From contig JAXHVD010000006.1 of the NCBI GenBank assembly GCA_034189385.1, forward strand, positions 1 through 64,000: a stretch of DNA of 64,000 nt. Direction: 5' to 3'. This document shows positions 29,544 to 40,175 of this stretch, piece after piece; within the stretch, counting starts at the first letter, position 1; every line of letters starts with the position of its first letter. The stretch comes from Thermodesulfobacteriota bacterium. GTDB taxonomy: Bacteria > Desulfobacterota > Desulfobacteria > Desulfobacterales > C00003060. Both the position numbers and the translations under genes were made by a program. Under the pieces are notes generated by a model. That model searched no databases and was not told where the DNA came from. It worked only from the letters and a program-made list of their open reading frames with translations.

Positions 29544-30527
29544 CTATTCGTAAATCTCAGGGTTAAGACATGTCGGGGGCTGCCTTCCCTGCACCATGGC
29601 CAGCAGATTTCTGGCCGCCAGGAGTGCCATATTGGTTCGGGAGGAAACAGTGGCCGACCCGGTGTGGGCTGTTGTCACCACGTTGTTCAGGGCCGCAAGG
29701 CCTTTGGCCATCTTGGGTTCGAATTCGTAGACATCAAGACCCGCCCCTGCGATTTCGCCTCTTGTGAGGGCCTCCACGAGGTCGGCTTCATGAATCACAG
29801 GACCTCTGGCCGTATTGATCAGGAAGGCTGTCTTTTTCATCTTTTTGAAAGCACCGGCACTAAAAAGATGGCCTGTCTGGGCGTTGAGGGGGACATGGAT
29901 ACTGATATAGTCAGACCTTTTCAGAAGCTCTTCAAAGTTTACTCTTTTGGCTCCAAGCTCCTTTTCTAAAACCGGGCTGGTTTCTTCGGGAGATGCACCG
30001 GTGTATAGCACCTTCATCTTGAATCCCTTGGACATGAGGGCCATGGCCGTGCCTATCCGTCCGGGGCCCACAATTCCCAGGGTCTTGCCGGTGACGTCGC
30101 CGCCGATGAACTGAAGGGGACCCCATCCGCTCCATTTGCCGGAGCGCATGACCCGATCGGATTCCACCACGCGGCGCGTTGCTGCAAGGAGAAGGGCCCA
30201 GGCCATTTCTGCCGTGGCATCTGTGAGGACATCTGGCGTGTTGCTCACGGGGACCTTGCGCTTGGTCGCCTCTTGAAGATCGATATTATCAAATCCCACG
30301 GCATAATTGGCATACCCTTTGATTGCGTTGGCAGCGTCGAAGAACTCGGCGTCGATCTTGTCGGTCAGAAGCCCCATCACCCCCTCCCGGTCCTGGACAT
30401 TCTCAAGGAGCTCTTCACGTGTCAGGGGGCGGTCCTCAGGATTCACTTCAACGTGGCAGGTCTCCCTGAGCAAGTCGATGCCTGGCTGAGGGATCTGTCG
30501 CGTCACGTAGACTCTATGCTTGGCCAT
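29544..30527 (-). CDS. D-2-hydroxyacid dehydrogenase (glyoxylate/hydroxypyruvate reductase-like)
   Basis: AVGFDNID, NTPDVLT, G.GRIG, INTARG, GLDVYEFEP, H.GSAT. Confidence 0.95.
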   Translation of the reverse strand: MAKHRVYVTRQIPQPGIDLLRETCHVEVNPEDRPLTREELLENVQDREGVMGLLTDKIDAEFFDAANAIKGYANYAVGFDNIDLQEATKRKVPVSNTPDVLTDATAEMAWALLLAATRRVVESDRVMRSGKWSGWGPLQFIGGDVTGKTLGIVGPGRIGTAMALMSKGFKMKVLYTGASPEETSPVLEKELGAKRVNFEELLKRSDYISIHVPLNAQTGHLFSAGAFKKMKKTAFLINTARGPVIHEADLVEALTRGEIAGAGLDVYEFEPKMAKGLAALNNVVTTAHTGSATVSSRTNMALLAARNLLAMVQGRQPPTCLNPEIYE

Positions 30528-30662
30528 GGTCTCCTCCTCTGGCCATATCTTTCATCTATGAGATCCTTCGACAGTTGAACCGATTAAGCGAGCGCATTCT
30601 CCACAGGAGAGCTGCCGCAGCCCCCCGTAGGTTCTTCAATCTGTTCATCAACAGGCCCTTTC

Positions 30663-31409
30663 TCAAAGGCTTCGCTCTTTCCTGATTCTTTCGTAAGCCT
30701 CCTGGATCTCTCGAAAGCGCTTTGCGGCAAATGCAGTGAATTCTTCAGGAAGACCCTTGGACACAATGGTGTCAGGATGAAAATCCTTGACCAGCTTCTT
30801 ATAGTTCCCCTTGATTTCTTCATCAGAGCTTTCCGGTGTACAGTTCAACACCTTGTAAGACCTGTCCACCTCTCCGAAATAGGTGGCTCTCATATTGTTG
30901 AACTGCTCGTCGCCAATGTGAAAAATAGTTTTGATTCTCATCAACGCAGCTTCTTCATCTGGATGCAAGGTCTTGTCTGCTGCGGCGATCCGGAAAAGAA
31001 CGTCCAGGAATGAAAGGAGCACTGTGGGCTGCCCTCCGCTAATTCCGTAGAACTCAATGGCAAAATCATCAATGGAATACTGGGAGTTTTTTGCCTCATT
31101 AAAGACCTGTTCGGCGAACTGTTTTTCACTGTCGGTCATGTTGAGGTTGGCGATGAAGTGTTCCACCACAGCGATTTCAGCCCTCGTAACGGCCCCGTCT
31201 ATCTTTGCCAGTTTCCCCAAAATCGAAAAAATAGTGATGAAATAAGCAGCCTGGCTCTGTTCTGTGTGGACAAGTCTTGGGCCAGCATATCTATGGTCTT
31301 CTTTCTTATCGACCAGATGGTGTCCCAGAGCTGCCCCGGCAATGGCGCCTAAGGGCCCACCCATGAGCATCCCCATGGACCCAAACGTGAGTTTCCCGAA
31401 CCATCCCAT
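30663..31409 (-). CDS. djlA: DjlA-like co-chaperone (TerB + J domain)
   Basis: GW.GK..G...GGPLGA..GA.LGH, K.DG...E, HPD motif; RBS GAGGAGG before 31409. Confidence 0.9.
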   Translation of the reverse strand: MGWFGKLTFGSMGMLMGGPLGAIAGAALGHHLVDKKEDHRYAGPRLVHTEQSQAAYFITIFSILGKLAKIDGAVTRAEIAVVEHFIANLNMTDSEKQFAEQVFNEAKNSQYSIDDFAIEFYGISGGQPTVLLSFLDVLFRIAAADKTLHPDEEAALMRIKTIFHIGDEQFNNMRATYFGEVDRSYKVLNCTPESSDEEIKGNYKKLVKDFHPDTIVSKGLPEEFTAFAAKRFREIQEAYERIRKERSL

Positions 31410-31722
31410 GGTTTCCATCCTCCTCAGTGTAATGGCACACGCGGAAATCCCTTTTCTTCCAGCCTTCGTATAGCAAATAGGCGCCTTGGCGTCAAAGTGG
31501 AACTGGAAGCCCTGTCGGTTTTTCGGCCCCAATACCGTGATCCAAAAGAGGCCACCCCCTGGTGGCTGAAATGTGTCTAAATCCGATGACCCTGAAAAAG
31601 TGGGGAGGGCGTCAATGCCAGGTTTCGGCTTCAAAACAATGAAATTGACACCGTCCTCGTCAACTGGTATTTGGCCTTTGAAACCAAGATCGGGTTTTTG
31701 AGCCCCAGAAAGGGAAACCAGT

Positions 31723-33363
31723 GTGAGAAGAAGCCTTCCCAACACCTGTGTGGCGCCGTCAGGTGAATTTGTATACGGTGTTCACAAATCGCAGTTCACT
31801 GCCTGTAACCTGCGAAAAAACGACGCGGTTGTGGCGTTGGGACGCACCAAGGACCGAACAAAGATCTATAATGTCCAGAACTTTCCCAAGACCGATGTCC
31901 ACGTGGCCCCTTCCACTTGGGTCTTTGAAATCCCTAATGCCTTTCCCTTCATGGGGGCCACTTTCATTGTCAAGCCTTGTGCCGACAACTCTACAGAAAA
32001 TGCGAATCCCTTCAGGCCGGAAGGAGAAGATATTGGCAAGCCCCAGTCAACAGCGGAACAGCGTGAGGATATCGATGATGCGGTTTTGGAGCGTCTGCCT
32101 CGGACATTGCTCCTGGCCCTGGCCGGGACATCGAAAGACCCTCAAGTGCTCATAACACTGGCCAACAGGTCCTGTCGCTTCGCCTTTGACAAAAAAGCTA
32201 AAGTGCCTTGCGGTATGGTTTACGAAAAGACGAAAGAGGGCCAGTGGGCCCCTGTTATTTTGGATAGACCCCTCTTTGAACTCGTCTCCAACAACCCCTC
32301 TTTGCCCGACCCATATAAGGAGCACATGGTTCTCGTTCCGGGAACCCAGGGAGACAGTGCCATTGTTGGCGAATATGCTCAAGGAGGGGCACACATTTGG
32401 GAATACTTGCGGGAGAACAGCTACATCCCATGGGGCCATTTTGCAGCAAACATGGCCCAAGACGCCATTCGATATGACATAGGCGCTCTCACACAGGAGG
32501 ATGTCTTGGGCCTCAGGCACCTTTATTACCAGAGGACCTACGTCCAGCTTGCTTCAAAGTTGGGCATGGCGCTGCCTGCTGTAAGACGGTCCCTGAGGGA
32601 AAATGAATTGGAAGATCTGCGACTGGCACTGCTTCGTGAAATAGGACGATATCGCGAGCGTAGGGCTCCCCTGCCCTTTAATGCTACCATTTGGGGCCAG
32701 AACTTCGGTTTTGATCTCTCCCCTGCAGGCTACCGACTCAATGCCTCACACCAACAGGTACACCAGCAGTTCGCCCTTGTCCCCTCCAGTGTGCCTGTTG
32801 CCAACGGAAACCAAGAATCTTCTGAGGCGACCATGAGCACCTACACGCAAGGAGACCTGGTAGCCCAGTTTGTGAGGGACTTCAAGGAAAAGACGGATCG
32901 GGATTTTTTTGATGCCTACCTCAAGGCCATCCAAGACAATAGGAGAATGGATGGCAAGAAAGACAAAAATAGGGGCTTGATCTTTTTTGAAGATAACAAC
33001 GTCATCGCCTTCGTCCCAAAGGCGCAACGGTCCCAGGGAGAAATCCAGATCATGACAAAGGTGGCCTGTGGGAATATCGTTGAAACAGACAGCAAGGTCC
33101 GCCAATCCCTTGATAGGGCCATATGGCTTGCCCTGAAGGTATTAGCGAATTTGGGAGTAGAGATGATGACTGCCCTGGAACTGTCCAAGAGGTTTGACCA
33201 TCTCGACTCTCATCAGCGCCTCCTGTATTGTTTTCTCCCAAAGCATCCCCAGTCTCCCGGTGGCTTCAGCGAATATCAACAGCGTTGGATCACCGGCCAT
33301 TATCCAGAGGACTTCGCTCAGGTTTGTCGCTCAGAGGCGAAAGAGATTGTGGCCCAGCAGTGA
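31723..33363 (+). CDS. Hypothetical protein with divergent GalT/HIT-like C-terminal half
   Basis: NASHQQVHQQ and IAFVP.A.R...E..I...GF.......I...PED resemble the GalT layout. Confidence 0.55.
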   Translation: MRRSLPNTCVAPSGEFVYGVHKSQFTACNLRKNDAVVALGRTKDRTKIYNVQNFPKTDVHVAPSTWVFEIPNAFPFMGATFIVKPCADNSTENANPFRPEGEDIGKPQSTAEQREDIDDAVLERLPRTLLLALAGTSKDPQVLITLANRSCRFAFDKKAKVPCGMVYEKTKEGQWAPVILDRPLFELVSNNPSLPDPYKEHMVLVPGTQGDSAIVGEYAQGGAHIWEYLRENSYIPWGHFAANMAQDAIRYDIGALTQEDVLGLRHLYYQRTYVQLASKLGMALPAVRRSLRENELEDLRLALLREIGRYRERRAPLPFNATIWGQNFGFDLSPAGYRLNASHQQVHQQFALVPSSVPVANGNQESSEATMSTYTQGDLVAQFVRDFKEKTDRDFFDAYLKAIQDNRRMDGKKDKNRGLIFFEDNNVIAFVPKAQRSQGEIQIMTKVACGNIVETDSKVRQSLDRAIWLALKVLANLGVEMMTALELSKRFDHLDSHQRLLYCFLPKHPQSPGGFSEYQQRWITGHYPEDFAQVCRSEAKEIVAQQ

Positions 33364-33380
33364 GACTGAACAGAATGCCC

Positions 33381-33623
33381 CTAGCCCCGTGGGGCCCATG
33401 ACAACCCCTTCAGCTCCTTTTTTAGCCTTTCAACGAATCGGCTTCTGGCCCTGACGTCTTTCTTGATGTGCTCTTTTACGGCCGCCCAGGTGGGGGAACA
33501 ATTCTTGTACTCCACGCCCACCACTCGGTGGATGACGCTGTCTACCTCCTTTTTGTTCTTTTCGGTGATCTCCACCCCGACCTCTTCAAAAATCTCCCTC
33601 ATGTGCCGAAAGTAGCAGGACAT
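33381..33623 (-). CDS. Small conserved hypothetical protein
   Basis: MSCYFRHM...C...W; RBS GGAGG. Confidence 0.65.
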   Translation of the reverse strand: MSCYFRHMREIFEEVGVEITEKNKKEVDSVIHRVVGVEYKNCSPTWAAVKEHIKKDVRARSRFVERLKKELKGLSWAPRG

Positions 33624-33686
33624 GTCACGCCTCCTTGGTCTCTTTCAAATGAACGACCCAGCAGCAAGCGCAGGGGGTATCATATG

Positions 33687-34430
33687 TCATGCCGGAACGA
33701 ATCCAGCAGGCACCACCCCTCGACCCTTCATCCAGGCCTCGCTCAAAGATGGATCTTCAAGGCACCTTTTCATGGCTCTCGCCATCAATAGGGTGTCCAC
33801 TTGGCACCCCCTATCCTTGCAGACTTGCTCCACGCCTGCCTTTACAGTCATGAAAATGTCATACCTGTGAGCATATCCCTCTACCTCCACTAGACGACTG
33901 TTGGATTCCAATGCTTTCTTGCATGCATCACCACTAAGCGAGTGCAAGGCCCGGCAGACAAAGGGCCTCACAGGGTACACAGAGCATCGTCCCTTGGCGA
34001 GAAAAATACAAGGGGTCTCGCGCCGCGTCAAAGCCCGCTCTTCCAGACTCTTTCCCTCTGTCCGCTCAAGAGTCTTTTCGATTCTATCCATGAAGTCCAG
34101 CTTCTCCTGCCTGGAGTAAGTCTTGTCTACATGATGAAAAATGAGAAAGGCCTCAAGGGGTGTCAAATAGACCTGATAAAAACAACAGTAGCAACACCCT
34201 GCTTTGCACGCCAATGGTTCAGAGAGAGGTTCTCTTGACTCAAAGTCCTCTATGACACGATCTGCGAATCGAAGGGCCCTTGCAGCCAACTCCAAGGCGC
34301 CCTCTTTTGTCCTGCCTTGCTCGAATATCTCAATGGCCATCTCCCTTGCCATCACAAAGAGATGATCCTCTTGGACTTCGTCTCTTTCAGGCCCTGAGGC
34401 CTGCTCCTTCTTGCCGCTTTCCACAGCCAT
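33687..34430 (-). CDS. YkgJ/CxxCxxCC cysteine-cluster protein
   Basis: CKAGCCYCC, CIFL...CSVY..RPFVCR. Confidence 0.85.
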   Translation of the reverse strand: MAVESGKKEQASGPERDEVQEDHLFVMAREMAIEIFEQGRTKEGALELAARALRFADRVIEDFESREPLSEPLACKAGCCYCCFYQVYLTPLEAFLIFHHVDKTYSRQEKLDFMDRIEKTLERTEGKSLEERALTRRETPCIFLAKGRCSVYPVRPFVCRALHSLSGDACKKALESNSRLVEVEGYAHRYDIFMTVKAGVEQVCKDRGCQVDTLLMARAMKRCLEDPSLSEAWMKGRGVVPAGFVPA

Positions 34431-34521
34431 GGTGATTAACCCTTTGACGCTTCAGGATCCTGCGCCACTGACCTCAAGGGGTCATGCTTTTTAAAAACAG
34501 TCGAAGCTGGAGATCTCTCGT

Positions 34522-35193
34522 TCACTTGCCCCTGCCCATGGAGGTGTCAAAAGAATCTAACAGGAGCCCTTTCAACGCTTCCTCCTTTCCAAGATAGAAG
34601 TGGTCTGCTCCTGGGATTACTTCTATGAGTCTTTCAGCTCTGCGGTTAGAAATTTTGGCGGCCACCTGGCGAGGGGGCGCGATGTCGTCATGTTCGCCCA
34701 ATATGATCTTCCTCACCACAGGAAGTTCCAAAGACAGATCGTCAGGCAATATAAAGGGAGGGGGAGAGATTAGCAAAAGGTGGTCCACGCCATGTTTCTC
34801 CCTGTGGCAGTAGGCCAAAGCGACGCACGCACCAAAGGAGTAACCCACAACAACGTTGGTCTTGGGGCAATAACGCCTCTCCATAAAATGTAGAGCAGAG
34901 CCCATATCGTCTTGCTCACCGGCGCCGTCATCGTAGCGTCCCTGACTGCCGCCCACACCGCGGAAATTGAAGCGCAATGTGGTGAGATCGCCCAATTGCC
35001 CTGCCAGAACCACGGTCTCTACGACATTATTATCCATGCTTCCCCCGTAGAGGGGGTGGGGATGAAGCACGATAAGTGCCCCCTCTTTGGGGGAGGTCTC
35101 ATTGGAAACACGCCCTTTAATGACACCGCTGGGCCCAGGGAAGGCCACCGGTCTTTCTGCCCCCAGGTCAAGGCGCACCATACCCTCCTCCAT
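34522..35193 (-). CDS. Alpha/beta hydrolase
   Basis: HPHPLYGGSMDN, RFNFRGVG.S.G, GYSFG, DHF. Confidence 0.9.
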   Translation of the reverse strand: MEEGMVRLDLGAERPVAFPGPSGVIKGRVSNETSPKEGALIVLHPHPLYGGSMDNNVVETVVLAGQLGDLTTLRFNFRGVGGSQGRYDDGAGEQDDMGSALHFMERRYCPKTNVVVGYSFGACVALAYCHREKHGVDHLLLISPPPFILPDDLSLELPVVRKIILGEHDDIAPPRQVAAKISNRRAERLIEVIPGADHFYLGKEEALKGLLLDSFDTSMGRGK

Positions 35194-35604
35194 GCTTCTT
35201 GCTGCGGCGAAACAGATTCACCTCTATCACAATATCTACCATCAGTCTAGGCGTCTCCCATCTCCGGTATTCCCTTGACCATTAGATGTCACTCCGTTAT
35301 AGATAGACGCTAGCCTGTGCCCGCAGGAACCCGAGGGCCCCTTCACTTAGAACCTCGAGTCCTGTCTTTGGCCGGGCCCCAACGAAGGCACCATGCTGGA
35401 AGATGCCAAACAATCAACCTTCTTCCTGCCGCCCGTTTTCACGGGGGCAACGACTACTTGCAAAAAGCAGCGAAGCTGATTGGCCACACCCCCTTTGATG
35501 GCCGTTCAAAAAGCTTCCACATGGGCAGCCGTGGCCCTTGGGGCAATGAAGGGTTTCACTGCAATCATGATTGCAGTTTAAGAAAGCAAAAGAGGAAAGT
35601 GGAA

Positions 35605-36180
35605 ATGAACATCACGGAAGCGAAAAAGATCTTGGGTAAAAAATTCAGTTTTACAGCAGATTTCACCAATAAGGTGATTCAAGATCTCAAGTTGCCGCAA
35701 GAGGCAGAGGTTTTGGATGTGGGCACCGGGCCAGGGAACATGGCAATAGCCCTTGCATTAAATGGCTATAAGGTATTAACAGGAGAACCCGAAGACGATC
35801 ATTCCAGATATGCCAAAGAAAATTGGCACAACAGTGCCAAAAAAGTGAAGGTTGATCATTTGATTCAGTTTAAGGCTTTTGACGCCAAGAAGATGCCATT
35901 TGACGGTCATACCTTTGATGCGATTTTCTTCTTGGGCTCCCTCCACCATATCGACAACGATCATCGGCACGATGTATTGAAGGAATGCTTCCGTGTTTGC
36001 AAATCTTACGGGATTATTTGTTTTTTCGAACCAAATCAAAAAATGATTAAGATCATCAAGGAGAATGATGCGTCACATCCTAATGCTGCAAATCCGGAAG
36101 CATATACCCAAGGACTTTCTTTGACATCAAAGAAAGTGGAGGGGGAATTCTTTGATGCCTTTGTCCTTCAAAAACAGTAA
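35605..36180 (+). CDS. Class I SAM-dependent methyltransferase
   Basis: VLDVGTGPG, FD.......SLHH; start set at the ATG after GAGG. Confidence 0.85.
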   Translation: MNITEAKKILGKKFSFTADFTNKVIQDLKLPQEAEVLDVGTGPGNMAIALALNGYKVLTGEPEDDHSRYAKENWHNSAKKVKVDHLIQFKAFDAKKMPFDGHTFDAIFFLGSLHHIDNDHRHDVLKECFRVCKSYGIICFFEPNQKMIKIIKENDASHPNAANPEAYTQGLSLTSKKVEGEFFDAFVLQKQ

Positions 36181-36275
36181 GCACACCTGGCCCGGCACTG
36201 CCACAACCGTGATAGGGCGTTGTTCATGCCAATGATTTCTCATAGGCTCATAACCATCAAGACGAAGAAAATCCC

Positions 36276-36992
36276 ATGTCGATTCATCTAAGAAGCATTA
36301 CACTCGTGCCTGAGAAATACCCTACCCGTGAGCACTATCCCTTTACTTTGCCTATCTTTTGTCAAACCAAATATCTAGCCTTTGATACGCCAGTGACTTT
36401 CTTCGTGGGCGAGAATGGCACTGGCAAGTCTACGCTTCTAGAAGCAATGGCCCAGGCATGTGGTACCCACATCTGGCGTGCCCCCGGGGGCACCCGATAC
36501 CAAGTGAACCCTTTCGAAGGTCTACTGCACCATTGTCTTGGCCTCGAATGGTCTAATGGATGGGTTCCCGGGGCCTTCTTCGGCTCGGAGATCTTCAAAG
36601 ATTTCACTTATCTTGTGGACGAGTGGGCGGCATCAGATCCTGGTCAACTGAAATACTATGGCGGCAAATCCTTGGTGACGCTCTCCCATGGTCAATCTCT
36701 CATGTCGTACTTCCGTAGCCGGTACCAGATCAAAGGCATTTATTTTCTCGATGAACCGGAGACAGCCCTTTCTCCACGCAGTCAGCTTGAGTTACTCGAG
36801 ATTCTGGGCACCAATAGCCAGGCTGGTCACGCCCAGTTCCTTATTGCTACCCATTCCCCGATTCTGCTAGCCTGCGCGGGAGCCAAAATCTACAGCTTCG
36901 ACCACGTGCCCCCCTGTCCTATAGCGTACGAAGAGACTGAGCACTACCGGATATACAAGGATTTCCTCATGGATCGAAAAAGTCGTCCCTAG
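36276..36992 (+). CDS. ABC/AAA_21-type ATPase
   Basis: GENGTGKS, SHGQS, LDEPE.ALSP, ATHSP. Confidence 0.9.
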   Translation: MSIHLRSITLVPEKYPTREHYPFTLPIFCQTKYLAFDTPVTFFVGENGTGKSTLLEAMAQACGTHIWRAPGGTRYQVNPFEGLLHHCLGLEWSNGWVPGAFFGSEIFKDFTYLVDEWAASDPGQLKYYGGKSLVTLSHGQSLMSYFRSRYQIKGIYFLDEPETALSPRSQLELLEILGTNSQAGHAQFLIATHSPILLACAGAKIYSFDHVPPCPIAYEETEHYRIYKDFLMDRKSRP

Positions 36993-37249
36993 TTCATATT
37001 TTCTCCTAGTGTATGGACAAGCGGTGCCCCCATGTCACCCCAGAACAGGCATCTCCAGGGAGAATCCCCTTATCGACTTCCCTCCATGATAATGTCTTAA
37101 GGTACCGTCAAGAAACTTTGGCACTTTTCTGAACCGAATAAGCGAGCGCATTCCCCGTGGCTTGCCACGGGCAGGGTTCAATCCGGCCTCTGTTGCCTAT
37201 GAATGAAAGAAGTAGTAACTTGCTTCTTGTGTCGAAAGGGATTGGATGG

Positions 37250-37942
37250 TCAAACGTTAAAGCGTATTTCGACAATGGTGTTTTCCGGAATGGCATAGTC
37301 GCGACCAACGAGCCTGGCCAACCCCTTGGAGCGAGCGTCATTCATGTTGTGGGCCCTCATCATGTCGTTATAGCCTACAAGCTCTGCCTTGATAAATCCC
37401 TGGGCTAGATCAGAATGGATTTTACCGGCACACGTGACAGCATCTGCGCCTTTCTCCACGAACCATGCGTGAACTTCCTGCCTGCCCACCGTGTAGAAGA
37501 ACATCATCCCCGCTTTCTCCATGATGGCACCACACACAGCATTAGCATCCGCTGAGGCATCCTCAAAGACCACCGTGGGCTTGAAGCTCAGCAGGCCCAG
37601 TCCGTTCACCATAACCCGTTGGCTGCCGTCCATGGGCAAATCACAGATCGGCTTCTGATCCTCGAGATGGGCCAGGCACTTCTCAAGCACCCCCTTCTCC
37701 ACCGGGTCCTTTGCCCTGGAAAGTCGGACTTCGATCTTCTCCATATCAAGGATGAGAAGGTCCAGGACACGGTCATCTGCTATGGCAATGGCGTCAGCCC
37801 CCACGTAGTCATCCAACATGAACTCGAAGTAGTACGGAGATGACTTTTCAGGCTGAAATTTCATGGCAAGATCCACAAAGATCCGGTCATCGTATTTCAT
37901 CTTGCCTTCGGGTAGGTCCAGCCCTGTAAATGCTATTTTCAT
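37250..37942 (-). CDS. YchF-related DUF933 protein lacking the P-loop
   Basis: C-terminal YTVG..EVHAW...AGKIHSD...GFIKAE...RFNV; no GxxxxGKS. Confidence 0.8.
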   Translation of the reverse strand: MKIAFTGLDLPEGKMKYDDRIFVDLAMKFQPEKSSPYYFEFMLDDYVGADAIAIADDRVLDLLILDMEKIEVRLSRAKDPVEKGVLEKCLAHLEDQKPICDLPMDGSQRVMVNGLGLLSFKPTVVFEDASADANAVCGAIMEKAGMMFFYTVGRQEVHAWFVEKGADAVTCAGKIHSDLAQGFIKAELVGYNDMMRAHNMNDARSKGLARLVGRDYAIPENTIVEIRFNV

Positions 37943-38366
37943 TTTTCAAGCAAACCTTTCGTATGAAGGCGCATCCAGGGACGGCCCTGAATGCCCATGA
38001 GTTACAAATGGGCTCATCACCTGCAGGCGTATTCGCCTCTGGTGAATGAGATGGTTATCCTGTCATCTTAAAGGCCCATGGGCCTCAAGATCCAGCCTAT
38101 CACCGGGTTTAAAAAATGCTTAAGACTTGAACTTTTTCTTCAGGAGTTCAATTGAAGACGGCGATTTGGTCAGGTTGAAAACGGTGACACCATTATTTTG
38201 ACATTACTGAGTCACTCGTGAATACGCTCAGTAACGGTTGCGGCATGTCACTTAGCTCCCCTAACATTGTTAGGTCTATTCATCCAAATCCGACGCACCT
38301 TCCTCATTTTTCCCATATCTAAAAAAATCATACCACGATATCAGGTGCCTCTCCTGGCGCGATCTT

Positions 38367-39320
38367 TCAGCCCTCCCCGGCATAAGCCACGGGCTCGACA
38401 TCTGTAAACTCCATGGCTAATTGGGCGGTGCGCTGGGCCACGTTTTCACAAAAGTCCCTCTGTGTCGATGGAGATACCTTGCCCAGGATATGGAGACAAT
38501 CAGCGCTGCCAAATGCTGATACGAATCTCTCGTAGAGCTTTCCCACACGCAAGCTGGCCCTGAAAGATGGGTGAAGATCTTCCTGGTGAAAGACCCTGCT
38601 CCCTTCTTTCATTGCCACCAGTCCTGCCCTAAAGAGCTGGCTGTGATGTCTTTCCCGCAGATCCCTTCCGTATAACACGCCCAGTGCCAAGACTGCTCCC
38701 ATGAGAGCCCCGCATATGTCTCCCTGCAATGCGATACCCCCAGAAAATCCGCGGCTTATTTCTTTAATGGAACTCAAGTCGACGTTGAGCTGAGACTCCA
38801 TTCGTTTCAGCACGACATCGGCACAGGGGAACGGCCTATGGAAGGGAGGTCTTCTTTGATATCTGCCTTCTGAAGGAAGTCTTATAGCACCCTTTTCAAC
38901 AATATCAAAAACAGATTCTATAGAAGTGTAAACCACTGTCAAGCATTTCATTCCCTTCAGGAAAAAACGCCTGATGTCATATCCGGCCTTAAAGCTCACG
39001 CCGGTGATATCCCTGCACTTACTGCTACCAAAACGCCTTTTGAATCTGTGGTAATACTCCATACAGTGGGGGTACAGGCAGTCACAGACATGATCCCGGT
39101 GGTACAGGCCCAAAGATAAGATTCCTCCGGTGAGGGCGCCGCAGGTATCTCCCTCGTGGCCAATGCCACCCCCCAGACCAGCAGCTGCCCTTAGTATCTT
39201 CCTGTCTTCCAAACCCAGAAGCCACTGGGTTGCCATCAGAACGGCCTGGGCTCAGGTAGCTCCACCAAAGACGTATTTGATGGCCTCAGAAAAGGCCTTT
39301 TGTGTTCTTGACCTTGCCAT
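38367..39320 (-). CDS. Tandem C-GCAxxG-C-C family redox protein, probable selenoprotein (Sec at codon 23)
   Basis: ATG 39320 in frame through TGA (39252-39254) gives GGAT-U-AQAVL; the second domain has Cys at the equivalent site (FP-C-ADVVL); SECIS-like hairpin follows. Confidence 0.8.
39212..39231 (-). promoter_or_regulatory. Putative bacterial SECIS hairpin
   Basis: AACCCAG-UGGCUU-CUGGGUU starting 20 nt after the UGA, with G near the loop start. Confidence 0.65.
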
Positions 39321-39323
39321 CAC

Positions 39324-40175
39324 CTAGAATGTGGCGCTCCAGCCGGCACAGGCAAATGCGAACCGGTCCTTAAATCTATTGCAGCATGCAGCAGCCGCGT
39401 GCTGTCCGGTGCAGTGAGAAACGGCAACGAGGCCCACTTGATAGTCGTCAAAGGCATCCATAGACTTTTCCAGTTGCTCAGCACTGTTCAGATAACCCAG
39501 ATGGGTACCTCCTATGACAGCACGAAACACCTTGTGGCCGCTATGTGACGAAAAATGGTTCATCACGTTGACGACCCCTGCATGGGCGCATCCGAGCAAG
39601 ATGACGGGCCCTTGATCTGTTTCGATCAAGAGGCTGACGTCGTCCCGTAAGGGATCATTGCTCATCTTTTCACCGTGTGCCACCTTGAGTCGGTTGTCTG
39701 GATGCTCAAAAACGGTCTTCCTCGGGACCTCTCCGGAAAAGAAGAGGCCCGGTGCAATCTCGGAAAACCCCTCTATGAACTTAAATCGAGCCCCCAGTGC
39801 CCCTTCCAGATAATCGCGGGAATACCTGATGCCGATGAAAATACGCTCTTTGCCATCAGACGTCTTCAGCTCCGCATACTTCTTAGTGAAAACGTCTGGA
39901 TGGGCCATGACCGTCACCCCCCGCCGAGGGTCCAGCACGGCAGGAAGTCCACCTGTGTGATCGTAGTGGCCGTGACTGAGGACCACCGTCTTTACCTCTG
40001 CCAGGTTGACCCCCAAGGCCTTTGCATTGCCAGCCAGGGACATCCCTTGGCCCGTGTCAAAAAGGATCTTCTCTTGGCCCCTTTCAATAAGGGCGGAGAA
40101 TCCATGCTCTCCTGTGATTCCCATTGCCTTGCCGGCAGTATTCTCGCAAAGAACGGTTATTTTTGTCTGGCCCAT
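39324..40175 (-). CDS. MBL-fold metallo-hydrolase
   Basis: EHGFS, LFDTG, SHGHYDHTGG, GCAHAG, GGTH, HCTG. Confidence 0.9.
   Translation of the reverse strand: MGQTKITVLCENTAGKAMGITGEHGFSALIERGQEKILFDTGQGMSLAGNAKALGVNLAEVKTVVLSHGHYDHTGGLPAVLDPRRGVTVMAHPDVFTKKYAELKTSDGKERIFIGIRYSRDYLEGALGARFKFIEGFSEIAPGLFFSGEVPRKTVFEHPDNRLKVAHGEKMSNDPLRDDVSLLIETDQGPVILLGCAHAGVVNVMNHFSSHSGHKVFRAVIGGTHLGYLNSAEQLEKSMDAFDDYQVGLVAVSHCTGQHAAAACCNRFKDRFAFACAGWSATF

Noticed and set aside
30575..30640. Shared motif TGAACCGA.TAAGCGAGCGCATTC with ~37130-37153 as an ncRNA
   Set aside because: Short; more simply explained as another REP-like dispersed repeat; no supported RNA family.
31410..31745. Long N-terminal extension of DjlA (similar extensions at 17615, 35317, 45831, 56134, 59556)
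   Set aside because: ORF-caller extension to upstream alternative starts; family N-termini and RBS positions support the later ATGs.
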